In this document: one piece after another, positions 43,506 to 48,480 of the stretch
How the letters are laid out: each line of letters starts with the position of its first letter
Numbering within the stretch: position 1 is the stretch's first letter
NCBI GenBank assembly: GCA_947628685.1
Contig: CANRAT010000001.1
Location: 1-48,480 of the forward strand
Length of the DNA stretch: 48,480 nucleotides
Source: an uncultured Bacilli bacterium
GTDB taxonomy: Bacteria; Bacillota_I; Bacilli_A; RF39; UBA660
Direction of reading: 5' to 3'
Program-made: the position numbers and the translations under genes
The notes under the pieces: generated by a model
What the model was told of the DNA's origin: nothing
Seen by the model: the letters and a program-made list of their open reading frames with translations, nothing else
Databases searched by the model: none

Positions 43506-46064
43506 TTAATTTCGTTTATCACTGTTATTTATTGAAACAACACCTTTACTCATTAATAAACTTAAATAATTACTAATGCACACATTTCCTTCGTTTGAAC
43601 AATTTAAATTATAATCGTCATATGAAGTATATGAATTATAATTTTTTATTTCTTTCATTCTTTCTGGAGTTAATGTAATAACATATTTTGGTGATACTTT
43701 CTGATTTGTACTAGGAATAACTCCGTAACTATTTGGTGTAGTCTCTAGTGCATATCTAGCATATACATTATCATAACTACAACTTTCTTTTAAATCTCCA
43801 TTTGAATTTGATAATGCCCAGTTATAAAAAGTTAAATCTTCAGAATTAATTAAACCGTCTTTATTTAAATCATATTTTGAATCAAATTCATTGCTTTCAA
43901 TTGCCGCAGTTAATGCGTCATATGTTATGTCGCTTAAATCTTTACTACACCAATTATTTCCAACTTTTCTTATATTTCCACTTTTACCTGGAAATGCCGT
44001 CTCATAACCATCACTACTCAAACCCCTATATTTTAATTCTAAGTTATTACCTTCAACAATTTCATCTTCAATTTTATAATTACACGTTCCACTATATGCT
44101 GTACTATTTGTCTTTCTAGTGTATGAATTAATGAAGTTAAATTTAAAATTAAATGAAGTTTTATTATTGTATAATTTAGTTATTAATCCATAACCTAAAA
44201 ATTTACAATTTGGACAATTTTCAGTATATACTGTCCCTGCACCATTTTCTGCATATACACGTGGAAGATAATAGTAACCATATAAAGTGCCTTTATAATA
44301 ATTAGATTTATCTACTTGGCTAACAAACATTGTATTCATTCCACCAGGTACATAATAAGACAAGTTTACTATATCGCCATCAAAATTAATTTCTACATTT
44401 TTTATGTAGTCAGAGTAATCACCTGATGCGAATGATGATACATTCGTATCGCCATATAAATAGCACTCTTTTACTACTTTAATATTAAATACATGCCCAT
44501 TTGGCGTTTGAAATATTAATTGTCCAGATTTTGTCTCCCAATCAGTTCCAACATAATTATCGAGGCTGAATGTACTCGCACAATAAGCTGTAAGTCCTAA
44601 AACATCAGAAGTGTCAGTGTAGCAGGATAAATCATTCTCATTAAATCCATTAACTACAAACGAACCTGAAAAGCAACCTGATGTTTTTGAATAATTGCTT
44701 GAGCAGTTTTTAACTGTACAAGATGGATTATTAAAATTCAACAAATTGTTATATTTACTATCATATTTTTTATATAGATCTATCAAATCTTTAGGCTCAT
44801 ATCCATTGGTTTTCAATATTTCCAATTCGTCAGGACAACCCAATAATTTATTTTCTATAGTAACAACTTTATTATATGAATCTATTTTAATATCATGGCA
44901 TGTAGCATCAGCAATATAACCTTTTGGTGCTTTTGTCTCAACTAAAGCATAATTGTCTCCATAAGTTAAGTTATTAAATGTAACTTGTCCTAAATTAGTT
45001 TCTCCTGATACTATCGCTGAGGCATTAGAAATATTATTACAACTACCTTTATATAATTTAAAACTTGCTGAAGATGAAATAAGTTTTTTTGTACTCTTAT
45101 CAACTTTTTTTACAACTAAACTTGTAGTCGTTTTTTTTGTTAAAGTTATTGTTAAACTATTACTTTGTTGTGTGACATTTTTATTTTCTGTATAATTTAT
45201 CGTTAGTGTCTGATAAGCAGAAGTACAATCATAATTAGCTGCAATAGGGACATCAATACTTTGTGAAAGTGATACTGTTACCTTAGTATCTCCTTCTTTT
45301 ACTTTTGATTTAGGTATTTTATATGAAAAAGATGTAGATGTCTTATTACTCATTTGATAATCTGAGCTTGATATTCCGGATATATTGATTGTGTAATTAG
45401 AATTATATGCATTCTCAACTACACCAGATATTGTATAATAATCGCCACTACTACTTTGTCTTAAAGACTTTAAGTTTATTTTATTGTGTACTTTATCATA
45501 AGCTTCTTTAGCTCTTGATTGTGCTACGCTACCGCACTTCTTATTAGTACAATTTTTATCGTCAAAAACAACAGAAGTAGATATACCATCTTTTTGACAG
45601 CTTGGATTATTAGAGTTATTATTATACTTGTATTTGCATAAAAATGCATTAATCGATAATTCTTCTTTAATGTAATCTTCATTCGCTTTTTCTAAAGAAT
45701 TATCTATTTTAAAATAATCTATTATTGCAGCAACTCCTGCTTTTATTTCATCTGACCAATAATTAGAATTGCTAGTATTAGTTATCATAGGACAATCTAT
45801 TCCTTTTGCTGCAGGTGATTTTTTGGAATATGCAGTACAAAAAAGATTATAATTCTTAAATCCATCAGTTGCAGTATAAATATTTTTTTTAAGTGAAGTT
45901 CCCAAGTCTGAGTGTGCTTTATTATTAGTTATTTTATCATATGTAATCTTACCACCAACTTGTTGAATTTGATATAATTTCTCAGGTAAACTAGCAAACA
46001 CGCTTTCTACTTTAAATAATGAAAAAATACATATTACTAATAAAAATTTATACATTCTTTTCAA
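43506..46064 (-). CDS. Secreted adhesin-like protein C (distant paralog of A/B)
   Basis: Signal peptide. Cna-B-like segment TSLVVKKVDKSTKKLIS...YALVETKAPKGYIAD. It shares a Cys-patterned middle region and a C-terminal block with A/B (YDLNKDGLINSEDLTFYN; PKYVITLTPE..KEIKNYNS; NYLS.L.S.GVV.INNS.KR). TTG start 7 nt after GGAGGA. Confidence 0.75.
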   Translation of the reverse strand: MKRMYKFLLVICIFSLFKVESVFASLPEKLYQIQQVGGKITYDKITNNKAHSDLGTSLKKNIYTATDGFKNYNLFCTAYSKKSPAAKGIDCPMITNTSNSNYWSDEIKAGVAAIIDYFKIDNSLEKANEDYIKEELSINAFLCKYKYNNNSNNPSCQKDGISTSVVFDDKNCTNKKCGSVAQSRAKEAYDKVHNKINLKSLRQSSSGDYYTISGVVENAYNSNYTINISGISSSDYQMSNKTSTSFSYKIPKSKVKEGDTKVTVSLSQSIDVPIAANYDCTSAYQTLTINYTENKNVTQQSNSLTITLTKKTTTSLVVKKVDKSTKKLISSSASFKLYKGSCNNISNASAIVSGETNLGQVTFNNLTYGDNYALVETKAPKGYIADATCHDIKIDSYNKVVTIENKLLGCPDELEILKTNGYEPKDLIDLYKKYDSKYNNLLNFNNPSCTVKNCSSNYSKTSGCFSGSFVVNGFNENDLSCYTDTSDVLGLTAYCASTFSLDNYVGTDWETKSGQLIFQTPNGHVFNIKVVKECYLYGDTNVSSFASGDYSDYIKNVEINFDGDIVNLSYYVPGGMNTMFVSQVDKSNYYKGTLYGYYYLPRVYAENGAGTVYTENCPNCKFLGYGLITKLYNNKTSFNFKFNFINSYTRKTNSTAYSGTCNYKIEDEIVEGNNLELKYRGLSSDGYETAFPGKSGNIRKVGNNWCSKDLSDITYDALTAAIESNEFDSKYDLNKDGLINSEDLTFYNWALSNSNGDLKESCSYDNVYARYALETTPNSYGVIPSTNQKVSPKYVITLTPERMKEIKNYNSYTSYDDYNLNCSNEGNVCISNYLSLLMSKGVVSINNSDKRN

Positions 46065-46076
46065 AATAAATTCCTC

Positions 46077-46475
46077 CTATCTGCATTCATATCCAAATTC
46101 AATGTAATTGTCTTTAATTTCTTTTCGCTTATTAAAACTATCATTAGTATTTATTTTAATTTTTGTTGTTACCACATTATTTTCCAATAATACTTTATCA
46201 AATGACTCTAATGCACTCTCATAATATTCCCTTGCTTGTTCATTAGTATCAAAAGTTGTGTATTCAATTGCCATAAGGCTTTTAAAATTGCCAAGCCAAT
46301 CAAATTTAATTTGTTTTTCTTCTATACTTCCAAAATTACCTTCTCTTGTACACACTAAAGTCTTATTATCTGCAAATGGATTAGGTATTACAGTCAAATA
46401 TACAAGTAAAAATAATATCAATCCTATTCCTAGTATACCTAAAAGTACATACAATATAATTTTTCTATTATTCAT
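46077..46475 (-). CDS. Small membrane-anchored protein, first gene of the supercluster
   Basis: MNNRKIILYVLLGILGIGLILFLLVYL TM anchor plus about 100 aa. The preferred start is the ATG at 46475 (GAGGT 7 nt upstream). Its TAG stop overlaps the RBS of adhesin C. Confidence 0.6.
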   Translation of the reverse strand: MNNRKIILYVLLGILGIGLILFLLVYLTVIPNPFADNKTLVCTREGNFGSIEEKQIKFDWLGNFKSLMAIEYTTFDTNEQAREYYESALESFDKVLLENNVVTTKIKINTNDSFNKRKEIKDNYIEFGYECR

Positions 46476-46578
46476 GTTATCTACCTCTATGCTAATTATA
46501 CATTTTTTTGCCATTAAAGTCTATATTTCCTTGTATAATTTTTAAAAATAAATTATAATATTTGTGGAGTTGACACTT

Positions 46579-47298
46579 ATGAAGTATGAAATAAACATAA
46601 ATGAATTTCAAGGACCTCTTGATTTATTACTTCATTTAATTAAACAATCAAATATAAGTATATATGATATAAGTATCGATGAAATTACTAAACAATATCT
46701 AACTTACATAAGTAAGATGAAAAAATTAAATCTCGATATTGCAAGCGAATATTTAGTTATGGCAGCAGAATTAATAGAAATTAAAGCTTCATCTTTACTG
46801 CCAAAAAAGAAAGATGAAGAAGATGAATTTGAAGAAGATCCCAAAGAAAGATTAATAAATAGATTACTTGAATATGAAAAATATAAAAATATAACTAGTA
46901 CATTTAAAGAGTTAGAAGAATATAGAGGAGAAGTTTATACTAAAGAAGCCGATACTCTTTTAGAATATAGTGAAGAAGAAAATATAGATTACGGTGTGTC
47001 TATGGATGACTTAATTAATGCTTTTTCTAAATTTTTAGAAGAGAAGAGATTAGAAAAGCCATTAAAGACTAAAATAACCAATAAAGAATTTAGTTTAAGT
47101 AAAAGAAGTAAAGAAATAAGAAATATATTAAAGAAAAAAAAGAAAGTTAATTTTACAGATTTATTTGAAATAGTTACGAAAGAGTACGTAGTTATAACAT
47201 TTTTATCTATTCTTACTATGTCAAGAAATCAAGAAATAGAAATAGAGCAAGAAAATAATTTTAAAAATATTATTATTAAAGAAAAAGGTGTGAATTAA
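46579..47298 (+). CDS. scpA: Segregation and condensation protein A
   Basis: MKYEININEFQGPLDLLLHLIKQ is the canonical ScpA N-terminus. The ORF is open from a GTG at 46564, but the ATG at 46579 (GGAG upstream) is preferred. It overlaps the scpB start (TAATG). Confidence 0.92.
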   Translation: MKYEININEFQGPLDLLLHLIKQSNISIYDISIDEITKQYLTYISKMKKLNLDIASEYLVMAAELIEIKASSLLPKKKDEEDEFEEDPKERLINRLLEYEKYKNITSTFKELEEYRGEVYTKEADTLLEYSEEENIDYGVSMDDLINAFSKFLEEKRLEKPLKTKITNKEFSLSKRSKEIRNILKKKKKVNFTDLFEIVTKEYVVITFLSILTMSRNQEIEIEQENNFKNIIIKEKGVN

Positions 47299-47855
47299 TG
47301 AATGCGATTATAGAAGGATTGCTATTTTTAAGTGGCGAAGATGGATTAACTTTAAAAGAAATTGTTGAAATAACTGAGAAAGATGAAGAAGAAGTAAAAA
47401 AGGCTATTAAAGAATTGTATAAAGAATATCAAAATTTAAACAGAGGTATACAGTTAGAATATTTAGGAGAACATTATAAATTAACAACAAAAAAAGAACA
47501 TAAAGAATATTATAAAAAACTTTTAATAAATGAAGAAAATCAACCTTTAAGTGAGTCTGCACTTGAAACACTTGCAATTGTTGCATATAATTCTCCTATT
47601 ACTAGAATTGATGTGGATAATATAAGAGGAGTTAATTCAAGTTATGTAATTAGAAAACTTCTTTTAAAAGGTCTTATAGAGGAAGTTGGAAAATCTGATT
47701 TACCTGGTAGGCCTAAACTATATAGCATAACCGAAAGATTTCTAGATTATTTTGGATTAGGTAGTTTAGATGAACTACCAAAACTTGAACCAAAAGAAGA
47801 AGTAGATGAAGAAAAATATCTATTTGAATCAAGGTATAAGGAAATAGATAATTAA
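47298..47855 (+). CDS. scpB: Segregation and condensation protein B
   Basis: IEGLLFLSGEDGLT, SESALETLAIVAYNSPITR and GRPKLYSITERFLDYFGL are hallmark ScpB motifs. Confidence 0.92.
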   Translation: MNAIIEGLLFLSGEDGLTLKEIVEITEKDEEEVKKAIKELYKEYQNLNRGIQLEYLGEHYKLTTKKEHKEYYKKLLINEENQPLSESALETLAIVAYNSPITRIDVDNIRGVNSSYVIRKLLLKGLIEEVGKSDLPGRPKLYSITERFLDYFGLGSLDELPKLEPKEEVDEEKYLFESRYKEIDN

Positions 47856-47926
47856 TTTATAAATATGAAGATTATTTAACAAAATTTAATCTTTTTTTAT
47901 TTTTATGTCTCAAAATCTAAATTATA

Positions 47927-47935
47927 TGATATAAT
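47927..47935 (+). promoter_or_regulatory. Extended -10 promoter for tRNA-Leu
   Basis: TGaTATAAT (hexamer at 47930-47935) ends 10 nt before the mature tRNA 5' end. Confidence 0.55.
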
Positions 47936-47945
47936 TTAGTTGTTG

Positions 47946-48032
47946 CCTGTGTGGTGAAATTGGTAGACGCGTTGGACTCAAAATCCAATGATAGCAATAT
48001 CGTATCGGTTCAAGTCCGATCACAGGCACCAT
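47946..48032 (+). tRNA. tRNA-Leu (anticodon CAA), class II with a long variable arm and encoded CCA
   Basis: Folded by hand. Acceptor GCCTGTG/CACAGGC; D-arm GTG..CGC; anticodon stem TTGGA/TCCAA with loop CTCAAAA; variable arm GATA-GCAA-TATC; T-arm ATCGG-TTCAAGT-CCGAT; discriminator A plus CCA. Confidence 0.93.
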
Positions 48033-48042
48033 TGACGTTTCT

Positions 48043-48062
48043 ATTCGAACTTTTTCGAATAT
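48043..48062 (+). terminator. Short hairpin immediately after tRNA-Leu
   Basis: TATTCGAA (48043-48050) / TTCGAATA (48055-48062) with a 4-nt loop. It is followed by only a weak T-rich stretch. Confidence 0.4.
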
Positions 48063-48078
48063 TGATATAAAAGCATAG

Positions 48079-48121
48079 CCCCTTAGGTCATTTTGATAGA
48101 CTTGTCAAAATACCTAGGGGG
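48079..48121 (+). other. Long imperfect hairpin (about 17 bp) of unknown role downstream of tRNA-Leu
   Basis: CCCCTTAGGT-c-ATTTTGA / TCAAAAT-a-CCTAGGGGG with an 8-nt loop. It is unusually GC-rich for this window. Confidence 0.4.
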
Positions 48122-48295
48122 TTAATAATTTTGTCATAAACAAAATATGTTTAACAGAAAAAATTATTTACTTATTAAATTTTTAATTTAATTTTGGAAA
48201 ATTATAAAAATAAAGCTGCTTTTGAAATAAAAATGTAATATCTATGAAAAATCAAAAAAAAATGTTATAATTTTAGAAGAAAGGTAGTGATATAT

Positions 48296-48480
48296 ATGTT
48301 GGGAGTTTATGTTTTTGTTGGTATATGTATTTTAGGGGTTATAATTTTTACAATATGGATTGTTAAAGTACTATTAGTTCCACAAATAAAAATGCAGAAA
48401 GCTGTTGCTGGTGAAAGGACGAAGTTTATAGTTGATACATCAGATAAAGGCTATGAATATTATGAAAAATTTGTAAATGA
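48296..48480 (+). CDS. Partial CDS (5' end) for a membrane-anchored protein of unknown function
   Basis: The ATG at 48296 is preceded by AAAGGTAG. It translates as MLGVYVFVGICILGVIIFTIWIV... and stays open to the window edge. Confidence 0.45.
   Translation, partial: MLGVYVFVGICILGVIIFTIWIVKVLLVPQIKMQKAVAGERTKFIVDTSDKGYEYYEKFVN

Noticed and set aside
45700-45900. A thioester (TED) domain in the N-terminal region of adhesin C, suggested by FCTAYSKKSP.
   Set aside because: The partner TQxA(I/V)W-type Gln motif is not visible. A single short motif in an AT-rich genome is insufficient evidence.
4589-46545. About 25 plus-strand ORFs of 60-150 aa in the supplied track lie antisense to the long minus-strand genes. 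Examples: 4589-4849, 6865-7230, 11485-12143, 13037-13285, 23249-24115, 26439-27325, 33493-33798, 38421-39128, 41017-41724, 43877-44919 and 46258-46545.
   Set aside because: Each lies entirely inside a well-supported opposite-strand CDS. Their translations are low-complexity and rich in L/I/F/S/Y, as expected for the antisense of AT-rich coding DNA. None has a recognisable RBS or motif.
47946-48032. tRNA-Leu as the integration site of an ICE comprising the T4SS/Tad cluster.
   Set aside because: The core genes scpA and scpB separate the tRNA from the cluster. No integrase is present. I could not find a direct repeat of the tRNA 3' end near the other boundary (about 12.4-12.9 kb).
1-48480. Mollicutes-type genetic code (TGA = Trp), considered because of the very low G+C and the Mycoplasma-ICE-like flavour of the small pilin-like proteins.
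   Set aside because: All long ORFs are intact under the standard code. TGA is used as a genuine stop, for example at 8683-8685. A SEDS (FtsW/RodA) gene and peptidoglycan hydrolases indicate a walled organism.

Overview
This is an AT-rich chromosomal segment (G+C about 25-30% by eye) that looks like a monoderm Firmicute. It uses the standard genetic code: TGA acts as a stop, Trp is TGG, and the RBSs are GGAGG/GGTGA-type. Both edges carry housekeeping genes. On the left are smpB, a capA-like gene, rnr, rmuC, an orphan histidine kinase, an FtsW/RodA-family gene and a rhodanese gene. On the right are scpA, scpB and tRNA-Leu(CAA). Between them, about 12.9-46.5 kb and entirely on the minus strand, lies a roughly 33.6-kb supercluster. 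It joins three modules:

- **Gram-positive-type T4SS:** a VirD4 coupling protein, a split VirB4, VirB3/PrgI-like and VirB6-like proteins, three paralogous VirB2-like pilin genes, two cell-wall hydrolases and two small VirB8-like candidates.
- **Tad/Flp-type pilus module:** CpaB-like, TadA, TadB, TadC, a Flp-like pilin, three minor-pilin-like proteins, a TadZ-like protein and a polytopic GT-C-like membrane protein.
- **Three ~830-850-aa secreted adhesin-like proteins:** each has Cna-B/SpaA-like and dockerin-like modules. Two of them share a 1,618-bp identical tandem repeat.

No relaxase, integrase, transposase, prepilin peptidase, sortase or LPXTG signal is visible anywhere in the window. Outside the cluster are two monocistronic type-IV prepilin-like genes fused to large C-terminal domains. 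One of them sits behind a promoter whose -35/-10 spacer contains an 11-nt poly-G tract, a candidate phase-variation switch. Several exact or near-consensus sigma-A promoters and rho-independent terminators can be read directly. All functional calls rest on motifs recognised by eye; no database searches were run.
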